A stretch of 64,000 nt of DNA, taken from assembly GCF_048593235.1 (NCBI RefSeq), contig NC_133617.1, positions 421,766,958 through 421,830,957 of the forward strand, in the 5' to 3' direction. Below the pieces are notes generated by a model. That model saw only the letters and a list, made by a program, of their open reading frames with translations, was not told the origin of the DNA and did no database searches. Of the stretch, positions 15,300 through 26,149 are shown piece after piece. Every line of letters begins with the position of its first letter. Position 1 is the first letter of the stretch. Source of the DNA: Sminthopsis crassicaudata (Eukaryota). The position numbers were made by a program, and so were the translations under genes.

Positions 15300-15520
15300 T
15301 TGTTGTTTAGACATTTAGGACTCTTCATGATATTATTTGAGGGTTCCTTGACAGAGATCCTGGAGTGGTTTGTTATTTACTTTTCCAGTTATTTTTACAG
15401 ATGAGGAAACTGAAGAAAATAGAGTTAAGTAATTTGCCCAGAGTCACACAGGTAGTGTGTGTGTTTGAGATCAGATATGAACTCAGAAAGATGAGTCTTT
15501 CCTGACATCAGGTCCAGCAT
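15300..15520 (-). mobile_element. Mar1/CORE-type SINE
   Basis: cctggagtggtttg...ttttacagatgaggaaactga...gatatgaactc. Confidence 0.7.
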
Positions 15521-16094
15521 GCACTACTTGACTGTCCTTGACTATTACAGAATATAATAATTTCTGCTTCAGTTCATCTCTGTCTCTACATCTATCCTTT
15601 CAACTTTCTTTCAAGACTCCAAAAAAAATAACGTCTTTGTTTTTAGGCACTGAGTCCCTTGTAGTTCCTCATACAAAGCACTCCATCTTCTAATGTTATT
15701 AGAATGTTATTAGTAGAAGCACTCTACTAATGTATTGTGTGTAGTGCTCTACATTCCATCTTCCTGTTTCTTGAATTTTCATTATCTGGGGACCATGTCT
15801 AGAATGCTTTACATCTTCCTATCCACTCATGTCTTCCCTAAATGCCTTCAAGTCTCAGCAAAAATCCCACTTTCTACAATAAACATTTCCATATTCCACT
15901 CAATACTAGCACTTCCCTATTGAGATAATTTCCAATTTATCCTGTTGTAAGTGGTTGTCTCCCCTATTATAGGATGAGTACCTCAGAGCAAGGAAGATCT
16001 TTGTATTCCCTAGTATCTGAGACATTACTTAGCATAGTGACTAACACATAATACTGCTTAATTTTTGTGTTGTTTTAACACTGCTACCTCATTG

Positions 16095-16850
16095 ATATTT
16101 TTTAAAATAAAATTTTATTTCCCCAAATACACATAAAGATAGTTTTCAACATTTACTTTTGCAAAACCTTGTGCTCTGAATTTTTCTCCATTTCCTTTCT
16201 CCTTTCACTGCTCAAGACAGTAAGCAATCTGATATCAGTTAAACATGTGCAGTCCTTCTGAACACATTTCCATATTTGTCATGCTGTGAAGAAAAATCAG
16301 ATCAAAAGAGGGAAAAAAGCACGAGAAAGAAAAAAAAAGCAAATAAACAACAACAACATCAAGGTGAAAATACTATGCTTTGATCTCCATTCAGTCTCCA
16401 TAGTTCTCTCTCTAGTTGCAGATGGAACTTTCCATCACAGGTCTATTGGATCTTGAATCATCACATTGTTGAAAAGAATCAAGTCCATCACAACTTATCA
16501 TCACATAATCTTGTTACTGTGTACAATGTTCTCTTGGTTCTACTCACTTCACTTAGCATCAGTTCATGTAAGTCTCTCCAGGACTTTCTGAAATCTTCCT
16601 GCTGGTCATTTCTTACAGAACAATAATATTCCATAGCATTCATATACCATAATTTATTCAGCCATTCCTCATCCGATGGGCATCTATCTACTCAGTTTCT
16701 ATATCCTCATCACTACAAAAAGGGCTACTATAAACATTTTTTGCGCATGTGAGTTCTTCCCCTCTTTTATGATCTTTTTGGGATACAGACCTAGTAGAGA
16801 TACCGCTGGATCAACCAAAGAGTATGCACAATTTGATAATCCTTTGGGCT
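16095..16850 (-). mobile_element. L1 3' end
   Basis: T-rich start, 3' UTR and ORF2-end motifs (cagaacaataatattccat). Confidence 0.85.
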
Positions 16851-17739
16851 AATTACCTCATTGATCTCGTTGGAATTTCTTGAGAAGAAATCATCCACTT
16901 CTGCTTGCTTAACTCCTTGTTCAGAGAATAATTAGTTGAGTAATTTGGCTTTAAGCCTAAAAGTTGTGCTGAGGGAGAATGGGAGAATAAATTGGAAAGA
17001 TAAGTCAGGGCTAGATTTAGAGGAGGTAGGGCACACCTTAAAATCAGGCTAAAAAGTTTGTATTTTATTTCATAATTAGGGAAGTGTTATTCATCTTTCC
17101 TTCTCAAAGAAAACCATGACGTGAGGGAGGTGACACCGCGTCATGCAAATGAATTGGATTTAAATTAAGGAGGGCTGTACAAAGTCACCACTCTCATTTT
17201 CTTTTCTGCACCCTTCTGGGTCCAGTAGCCAAATAGACTAGGATGATAGGTGATGGAAGAAGATATTCAGGTTTCTGGCCAAAACCTAGACAATTGCTAT
17301 TTACATTCACTCAGAGTCATTTAAAGCTCAAACAAAGACCAACAGGGCTTGGCCTGGGACCTATTGTTGGCCTATCCATAACAGTGATAAAAAGAGGATG
17401 ACAGTAATGGGAAGACTTTACAGAGAACATTTTCATCTTTAGGGATGATTCATGATGATTCTGCCTGACTGAATCAGAAGCATGATTTCACAGGCCTCCA
17501 AATTTGGGGGCATAGTCCTCTGTCCCTGCAGGAAGAATATGAGGGGATGTAAGAGGAAGAAGTTTGAGTAAATATTTTATGGACTATCAAGTTTTGGATT
17601 ATTGGTTTATTTGTTTTGCAAGACTTGTTATGGTAGAAGAATATATCTCCTTTCCAGCTTGAATTTTTATCTTTTTCTATATGTTTTTACCTCTCAACCA
17701 TTCTATTTCCTCACATTCAAAAAAAGTCCTCATCTACTG

Positions 17740-18410
17740 ATACATTGTTAATGGAACTGTGAACAGATCCAATCATTCTGGAGAGCAGTTTGGAACTATG
17801 CTCAAAAAGTTATCAAATTGTGCATACCCTTTGATCCAGCAGGGTTTCTATTGGGCTTATATCCCAAAGAGATCTTAAAGGAGGGAAAGGGGCCCACATG
17901 TGCAAAAATTCTTGTGACAGCCCTTTTTGTAGTGACAAGAAACTGGAAACTGAGTAGATGCCTACCAGTTGGAGAATAGCTGAATAAATTATGGTATATG
18001 AATGTTACGGAATATTATTGTTCTATAAGAAATGACCAGCAGGATGATTTCAGAGAGTCTTAGAGAGACTTACATAAACTGATGCTAAGTGAAATGAGCA
18101 GAACCAAGGGGTCTTTATAGATGGCAACAACAAGATTGTTTGCTTGCATTTTGTTTTCTTGCTCAGTTTTTCTTTTTCTTCCTTCTTGATCTGATTTTTC
18201 TTGTGCAGCAAGATAACTGTATAAATATGTATATGTATATTGGATTTAACATGTATTTCAACATATTTAACATGTGTTAGACTATCTGCCAGCTAGGGGA
18301 GGGGGTAGGAGGAAGGAGGGGGAAAATTTAGAACAAAAAGATTTTGCAAAGGTCAATATTGGAAAAATTACCCATGCATATGCTTTGTAAATAAAATTTT
18401 TAAAATAATA
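17740..18410 (+). mobile_element. L1 3' end with internal deletion
   Basis: gaactatgctcaaaaagttatcaaa...ggggagggggtaggagg...A-rich end. Confidence 0.85.
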
Positions 18411-18994
18411 ATAAAAAGTCCCCATCTTTAGTCATTGGTCATGGCTTACATGAAAATGTATGATAATAGCATGCTTTTACAAATATATTATAATAGAAAG
18501 TGCTAAACATATCTCTGGATGTGAATTCTGGCTCTTTTATTTACAGCCTGTTTGATCTTAGAACCCATTTCCTCATCCTTAAAATTCAGAAATTAGACAA
18601 GATGTCTAGGGTCTCTCCATCCTGTGACTATATGTAAGTTTTTATGGCTATCAAGTACTTTACCTTAACTAATTTGATAATGTGGACTTGCATTTATTAA
18701 ACCACTTTATAAATGTCTGCTTCTTACAATAGTGTGTGAGCAAATAGGACATTATTGTATTTGTTTAGCACCTGGAGAAACTACCAGCATCACTACCATC
18801 ACCACTACTTCCAGCTTTCCCCAGAAAAGGGCTTTTAACTTCGAAATACTCTGTTGGGCCAGATTCTTCTAAAACCATAGCTCAGGAGCCTTCACCTTCA
18901 ATACATTTACTTTTAATAGTCAAGAAATTCATTCCAAGCAAAGTTATTAAGTGAACTGACACAATACAAAAAAGTAACAATATATCATGTTCCC

Positions 18995-19230
18995 AGCTAG
19001 GTGGTACAGTAAGAAAGAATACTTCCTGGAGTCAGGAAAACCTGAATACAAATCCAGCCAAAGACACTGACTGTGTGTCCTTGAACTTGTCGTCACATTT
19101 TAGTTTCTTCAGTTGTAAACTGGAGATAATAATAGCATCTATCTCACAGAGCTATTGTGAGAATTAAATGAGAAAATACTTGAAAAATGTTCAGCATACT
19201 GCCTGTTATATAGTAGGCATTTAATAAATA
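18995..19230 (+). mobile_element. MIR/CORE SINE
   Basis: ctggagtcaggaaaacctga...ctcacaga..attgtgagaattaaatgag...taataaatattt. Confidence 0.75.
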
Positions 19231-20602
19231 TTTGTTCCCTTCTTTCTCATAAACTAGGGCTCACTCTCCTACAGAATAGACAGAACAAACATGAAAGGAC
19301 ATCCATGTAAGGAATACGTGGCTAAAGTCTTTCTGCAGAGATTCATATAAGAAACACAAGTGTCCTGGACTCAGGGATAGAGGTATAGAATACATTGAGA
19401 CACAGTAGCAGGACACACATGGAAAAACTCAGTTCAACTGCTGACATAAGACTTTTCCTGATCCCTATAGTGGCTACTGCTTCCCTCCCTCTTGCTCTAA
19501 CTTGTGAGGGCCATCTCCAGTTGTTTTTATTTTAGATCACTGGATCCAGATGGTTCTGGAGGGGAAAGTGAGGCAGGTAACCTTGCCTAGCCCTTCTTCA
19601 CTCAATCCAATGACATCACTTCCCTGATGTCTAGAATGCAGTACAAACAACAACAATTAACTTGTATTTATTTTGTACACAGTTACATACATATGAACAT
19701 GTCATTTCTCACAAAATAATATAAGCTACTTGAAGGCAGAAACTGCTTCATTTTTGGCTTTATATCGGTTGCAAAGAGCCTGGCACATAGTAGGTGCTCA
19801 ATGAATGCTTATTTATTGATTGAAGAAGTGAGGAATAAAATAAGCATTAATTAAAGCTCCCACAATAAGTCAAGCATAGTATTATAGTCTTTATAAATAT
19901 TATCTTAATTCTCACAGCAACCCTGAGAGATAAGTACTATTATTATCCTCATATTATAGTTTTAATCTTTTATAGAAAAGATTTAAAAACAAACAAAAAA
20001 CCTTGGACCAAGACCAGGAAAAAGCATTCCTTTTCTTCTTCGTTCAGAAGAATGAAGCCTTTTATCTCCCAGAGGCCAAATTTTTGAAAATAAAGAATAG
20101 AGGGCTTCCAGCCAGCTAATGCCTTGAAGATTAATCTTTTCTTTGGCTTTCACTTCCTAATCCAGGAGATTTGATCATTCAGTCCAAGACCTAGCCTTGC
20201 TTAATGGTAAATACTCCATATACCTCCCAAATTGTTTTCTCTGAAGACTACATGACAAGTAATGATTATTCATTCAGTTACCATGGAGCAGTTCTGGGAT
20301 TCAGAGTTGTTTAACTTTCAGATCTTGTCTCTAAAGTTCTTTCTAGGAGTGAGTGAGGAAAAAGGTGGGGAAATGTGTTAGACCCTGAAAAAGGCTTTTA
20401 TGTCAACTTAACCTCTTCATATACTTTTGTTGTCAGAAAAGGCATCTACAGCTAGATTTGAACTTAGGCAGCTAAATGGAGCCAACCTAGAACAGAAATA
20501 CAGCTCAATATAACCTCTGTCTACCTCTCAACTCTTTATATACTTTTAGTATACAGGCCCATTGCTGGCCCTCCTCCTTTACGTACTACACAAAGGGTAT
20601 GT

Positions 20603-20798
20603 AAAGGCAGAAGAGGGAATGAGAGGTGAAAGAGGAAAGGGAAGCTGAAGAAGGGAGGAGGAAGGAAGTATGGAGGGAAGAGATGGAAAAAGAAGGGAAA
20701 GGAGGAGGAGGGAGTAGAGGGAGAAGAAGGGGGAGAAAAGAAGGGGAAAGAGGAAAAGAAATGAAAGAGGCAAGGAATAAGATGAGGGGGGAAGAAAA
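20603..20798 (+). repeat. ~195-bp polypurine/polypyrimidine tract
   Basis: Almost exclusively G/A on the + strand; abuts the PNLDC1 retrocopy. Confidence 0.95.
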
Positions 20799-20803
20799 TT
20801 TTA

Positions 20804-22094
20804 GGATTGTCAATATTTTCAAGCATAGCAAGAATGTCAAACAAGTATACAGGTAATTTATATAAATTTTTTTCTCATCCCTACCACACTTGGGATTATG
20901 GATTTGGAGTTCTCCTTCCAGCCCCCTAATATTCTATTTTTGAATCAATACAATTTTGACTATAAGTTCCTCAAAAATGGGATCAAATATGTGAACAAAT
21001 GTCAGGGGAAGAAAATTAAGGAAGAACTTCTATCAGGAAATTAAAAAGCTTATAGTACATTGGACAAAGATTAAATGGAGGTTATTGATAAGGTCACATG
21101 ATGTTTAGAGATGGCAAAAGGAGATTAGATATAACCAGGTTCCTGTTATAATTTATATAATTAGGTTTTAGCCTTTTTGAGGTACATTTAACACTGACAC
21201 AGGCTTTCTCCACAGCTTGGACCCTGAGGAAAAACAAAGGGCTGCTAGTTAAGAAAAGAAAAAGGAAACACCAATGGCATCTAGAAAATTCCTCTTGTAA
21301 CCATGATGACTACAAGAGGTAGAAGATTCTCCTCTATGCCCAGAGCTTTTTCCAGATGCTGGCAAGTCAGAAGGCCTTTGGTGGGACATAATATGATGGT
21401 GGATCTTTTATACTTTCATGAAAAATTTTACAGACTTCTCCCAGAATCCTATGAGCAGTTTAAACTGAACATCCATGGCTTGTTTCCTGTCCTCATAGAT
21501 ACCAAGAATGTGTCAAAAGGGATTTGGAAGGAAATAAGTTTCCCAATAGCTTCAAAGATTTTGGAAATTTATGAAGTTCTAAACAGTGACCTGAATCCTA
21601 CCAAGAATTCTTGTCCAGTGGTCATCTATTTGTGCAAATGAATGTATCAAACATGTTGAGACTAAATATCCTCATGAAGCAGCTTATGACACCTTCCTTT
21701 ATACATTTTTTTAAGTGGCACACTTATTATATGGATCAACTAATAGGGTAAAACTAGAACCCACATTCCATCAATTTCTTGATGTACTGGCTCTCTATGA
21801 GAACTAGATGAACCTTATCCAAACATCTATCTCTAAAATGAATAAAGGCAATCGTGGTTTGAGACCAATGCAAGCTCACTCTGTTTAAGCTGGGTGGGAT
21901 GGATATTCCCCTAATGACCTTTTGAAATTCTCTGGTCCAAATTCTCCAAGAAGCCTCTATCCTCAAAGGCAAGAGGTATCCTGGGACAAAGAACAGATAT
22001 ATTATGAGTTCAAGGACCTCTATAAATTTGATGTCCTGTATTTCACCCGGAACTAGCTTCTCCTTATGACCAACAAGTTCAATGATGTCAGAAT
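20804..22094 (+). pseudogene. PNLDC1: Processed pseudogene (retrocopy) of PNLDC1, PARN-like piRNA 3' trimmer; 5'- and 3'-truncated
   Basis: Intronless, colinear peptide blocks match remembered PNLDC1: GLSIFS..NKY, PTTLGIMDLEFSFQ, FLNQY, KFLKNGI, VIDKVT, PLVGHNMMVDLLYFHEKF..LPESYEQFK..LFPVLIDTKNV, LNSDLNPTKNS, PHEAAYD, FSGP, KFDV..TNKF. Multiple stops and frameshifts. Confidence 0.92.
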
Positions 22095-23010
22095 GGTTGC
22101 CCAGAGAAGTTCATGAGTAGAGTCTGTCAGTTTCATGATGGCATGCTTGCTTAGGTTCTGGACAATGGACAATGCTTTTAAGTTTCCCAATCACCAATGG
22201 AGTGAAACAAGGCTGTGTTCTTGTTCCCAACAAGGATAAACATGAAATCAAAGTCAGCTACCAGAGTGATGATAAATTCTTCAACTTGAAAAGGCTGCAA
22301 GCCAAAGCTAAAGTAGAGGAAGTGTTGGTGCATGATTTTTTGTTTGCAAATGATTGTGTATTCAATGCAGCTTCCAAAGCTGAGATGAAACAAACTATGG
22401 ACCAATTCTCTGCTGCTTGTGCTACTTTGGATTAACTATTAACACCAAGAAAACACAGGTACTCCATCAGCCAGCACCACACCATCCAAATATGGAACCA
22501 TCAATTACAGCAAATGGTGAAGTTTGGAGTGGTGTGGATAAGTTCTTTTACCTTGGCAGTATGCTTTCCAGGAATGTTTACATTGATAATGAGGTTGACA
22601 CACACATTGCCAGAATTAGCAATTGGGAAGCTCCAGAGGAAAGTGTGGAAGAGGAAAATTACATGACCAAAATGAAGGTCTACAGAGCCCTTGTGCTGAT
22701 TTCATTGTTGTATGCCTGTGAAGCCTGGACAATATATGAGGTCCATGCTAGGAAATTGAAACACTTCTATCTGAATTGTTTTAGGAAGATTCTGAAGATC
22801 ACCTGGCAGGATAAGTTATCAGACACTGAGGTCCTTTCTCCAACTAAACTACCAAACATTCCAACTCTGCTACAGAGAATACACCTCTGATGGGCTGGTC
22901 ACATTGTTGGAATGCCAAATGTGGGCTTGCCAAAAAGATTATTTTATGGAGAACTCATACCAGGAAGTGCTCATAAAGTGGTCAGAAAAAGGGATACAAG
23001 GGCACTCTCA
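22095..23010 (+). mobile_element. RTE-clade LINE, 5'-truncated, reverse transcriptase region (left part)
   Basis: GCPEKFM..QFHDGML, FPITNGVKQGCVL, LFANDC (degenerate YADD), GLTINTKKT, FFYLGS, KVYRALV..LLYACEAW; ORF fragments 22172-22435 and 22417-22890. Confidence 0.9.
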
Positions 23011-25550
23011 ATTCCTCTCTTTTAAAGTGGAAGCTATAAGGTCCTGGGTAATCCTGATTGTGGCTCTTTAATATTTGAATTGTTTTCTTCTTCTGCTTAC
23101 AGTATTTTCTCCTTGATTTGATAATTCTGAAATTTAGCCATAATCTTCCTTGGAGTTTTCATTTTGAGGGTCTTTTTCAGGAGCTAATCAGTGAATTTTT
23201 TCCATGGCTATTTTACCCTCTGGTTCTAAGACATCCAAGCAGTTTTCTTTGATGATTTCCTGAAAGATGATGTCTAGGCTCTTTTTTTTTCATCATGGTT
23301 TTCAGGACATCCAATAATTCTTAGATTGTCTCTCCTACATCTATTTTCCAGGTCAGATGTTTTTCTAATGAGGTATTTTACATTTTCTTCTATTTTTTCA
23401 TTTTTTGGTTTTGTTTAACTGATTTTGAAGTCTCATTGAGTCATTTAATTCCGTTTGTTCAATTTTAATTTTAATTTAAAAAAATTTATTAGTTTTTTAT
23501 TTATATGCATGGGTAATTTTTCAACAAAGACCCTTGCAAAATCTTCTGTTCCAAATTTCCCATCCTTCTCCCCACCCCCTCCCCTAGATGGCAGATAGTC
23601 CAATACATGTTAAATATGTTAAATTATATGTTAGATCCAATATATGTATACATATTTATACAATTATCTTGCTGCTCAAGAAAAATTGGATCAAGAAGGG
23701 AAAAAAACTGAGAAAGAAAGCAAAATGCAAGCAAACAACAACAGAAAGAGTGAAAATTCTATGTTGTGGTCCACTCTCAGTTCCCACAGTCCTTTCTCTG
23801 GGTGTAGATGGCTCTCTTCATCACTGAACAATTGGAACTTGTTTGAATCCTCTCATTGTTAAAGAGAGCCATGTCCATCAGAATTGATCATCATATAGTC
23901 TTCTTGTTGCTATGTATAATGATCTCCTGGTTCTGCTCATTTTACTTAGCATCAATTCACATAGGTCTCTCATGTAAGTCTCTGAAATTATCCTGCTGGT
24001 CGTTTCTTACAGAACAATAATATTCCATAACATTCATATACCAAAAATTATTCAGCCATTCTCCAATTGATGGGCATCCACTCAGTTTCCAGTTTCTTGC
24101 CACTACAAAGAGGACTGTCACAAACATTTTTGCTCCTGTGGGCCCCTTTCCCTCCTCTAAGATCTCTTTGGGATATAAGCCCAGTAGTAGCACTGCTGGG
24201 TCAAAGGGCATTCACAGTTTGATAACTTTTTGAGCATGGTTCCAAATTGCTCTCCAGAATTGTTGGATCCATTCACAGTTCCACCAACAATGTATCAGTG
24301 TCCCAGTTTTCTCACGTCCCCTCCAACATTTGTTAATATCTTTTTCTGTCATCTTAGCCAATCTGAGAGTTGTGTAATGGTATTTCAGTTGTCTTAATTT
24401 GCATTTCTCTGATCAATAGTGATTTAGAGCCCCATTTTAATTTCTTCATCTGAAAATTGTCTGTTCATATCCTCTGACCATTTATCAGTTGGAGAATGGC
24501 TTGATTTCTTATAAATTTGTGTCAAATTCTCTATATATTTTAGAAATGAGTCCTTTATCAGAACCTTTGAATGTAAATTTGTTTTCCCAGTTTTCAATTT
24601 TAATTTTTAGTGAATTATTTTCTTTTTTTATTTCCTTTTGCATTTGGCCAATTGAATTTTTATATGAAGAGTTTTGTTCATTGCATTTTTTTCCATTTCA
24701 CAGATGTCATTTTTTACTGAATTGGTTTCTTTTTCATATTTATTTTGTAAGGAGTTACATGTATGCTTTTTCCATTTTATCAAGTCTATTTTTAAAGGAG
24801 TTTTCTTCAGATAATTTCTGGTTTTCTTTTTCCATGACCTCTTGCAAATATCTCATGTCCTTTCCCCATTTTTCTTCTAATTCTTTTAAGATCCTTTTTG
24901 AATTCTTCCAAGAGAGTCTTGTGAAATGGGGATCAACTCATATCACCCTTTGGAGCTTCATCTGGAGCTTACTTCTTTAAGATACTCAGGGTTTGAGATC
25001 TTTCTTCTCTTTCTCCATAAAAGCTACCTGTGATCAGAGTTCTTTTTGGTTTTTTGCTCATTTTTTTAAGATTGAGGTCTGCTCTTAAGACAGAGGGGTA
25101 ACAGTCGCTTTAGTTTGCCCTGAAGCCCATACTACTGACTGACTTCAGGTGCTGGGTAAGTTCCCATTCTTCCAGAGTTCATTAGCTCACAATTTACCTT
25201 TTGTATTTGCTTTACAGATTTGCTGAATCACCAGCTTGCAACCAGGACAGAATAGCATAATAGCCTCACAGTAGATTCCCGGGTGCTGAAGGCCCCAACA
25301 CTCTGGTTCCCTGCCCCAGGGCTCCCTGCACTGTGGTCTGGACTCAGTAGCCTCTCCCCTACCTTCTTGAAACAGACCTATTCTGAAGTTCTTCCAAAGT
25401 ATCTTCTTCTGGAAATTTGTTGTACTCCAAATATTTGTGGGTTCTGTCACTCCAAAAGTTCAGGGCCTTAATCTGCTGTTAATTTAGAGAAGCTCCAAGG
25501 AGGTCTAATCGATATGGTATCTGCTTTCCGCCATTCTGGCTCCACTCCCC
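23011..25550 (-). mobile_element. L1 5' portion (5' UTR plus part of ORF1), interrupting the RTE and itself interrupted at 23473-24593
   Basis: Reverse complement begins GGGGAGTGGAGCCAGAATGGCGG (L1 5' terminus motif); ORF1-type AT-rich sequence; no poly(A) or TSD seen. Confidence 0.75.
23473..24593 (-). mobile_element. Younger 5'-truncated L1 (ORF2 C-terminus plus 3' UTR)
   Basis: ORF 23957-24211 (PFDPAVLLLGLYPKE...WYMNVMEYY); G-rich 3' UTR; perfect 14-bp TSD tcaattttaatttt at 23459-23472 and 24594-24607. Confidence 0.92.
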
Positions 25551-25863
25551 AAGATCTCCCTTAAGAACTTTAGAACTGATTGTGTGACACAGGAGACACT
25601 GGCACCAGACGCCCAGCATGGTGAGCGATCTTCAGAGATGGCACTGCTCTCTATGAGCAAAGCTAAATTGAATTAGTTCAGAAGAAACGGGAGATTCGCA
25701 AAGTTAGAAAAGCCACCCCAAATGTTCATAGGGACTGTTTGTGCTGGACCCGTGGCAGAGCACTCCCAGTTCCTGTTGGGAGCTACAGTCCGGCAAATTG
25801 TAATTGGAACTAGTGACAGTCATTTTGGAACTCTTCGAAAACAGAGGGAAACAACTAACCAAT
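25551..25863 (+). mobile_element. RTE LINE 3' end (continuation of 22095-23010)
   Basis: Resumes the RTE reading (ggcactctca|agatctcccttaagaacttt); ends in a CAA-type tail acaactaaccaat. Confidence 0.8.
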
Positions 25864-26149
25864 CGATTGTGCTTGGTACAACCATACTTTCCTACTTCAT
25901 CTTTCTGTACAGGTGAAGGCAAGGAGCTGAGTTCTTAGATGCTTTCTTTTTCATTTTTTTTTTTTTTTTTCAAATGCCAGAAGTCTCGTAGTAACACAGG
26001 CCCACCGCTAGAGGGCTGCGGCTCTCCTTCCCAAAAGCAGCAAGGTAAGAGAGTGCACCTTTTGGTTTGGCAAGAAGAGGGAGGATTCATAAGGTCCTTA
26101 TCCAGCCTAGACCTCCGAGGAGAAATGGTCTATCTGGTAAAAGTCAGGC

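Noticed and set aside
1-20600. Additional protein-coding exons (e.g. a neighbouring gene) in the upstream region
   Set aside because: All ORFs are short, low-complexity or repeat-derived; no recognisable exon homology.
24489-24980. 163-aa + strand ORF
   Set aside because: Antisense, T-rich reading of L1 sequence that crosses an insertion junction.
25864-25920. Possible resumption of PNLDC1 (IFLYR versus ISLYR) after the RTE tail, with a fuzzy caat-gat-gt duplication
   Set aside because: Only ~5 residues, spacing ~14 nt short of expectation and no similarity beyond; not distinguishable from chance by eye. Kept as the test that would overturn the chimera model.
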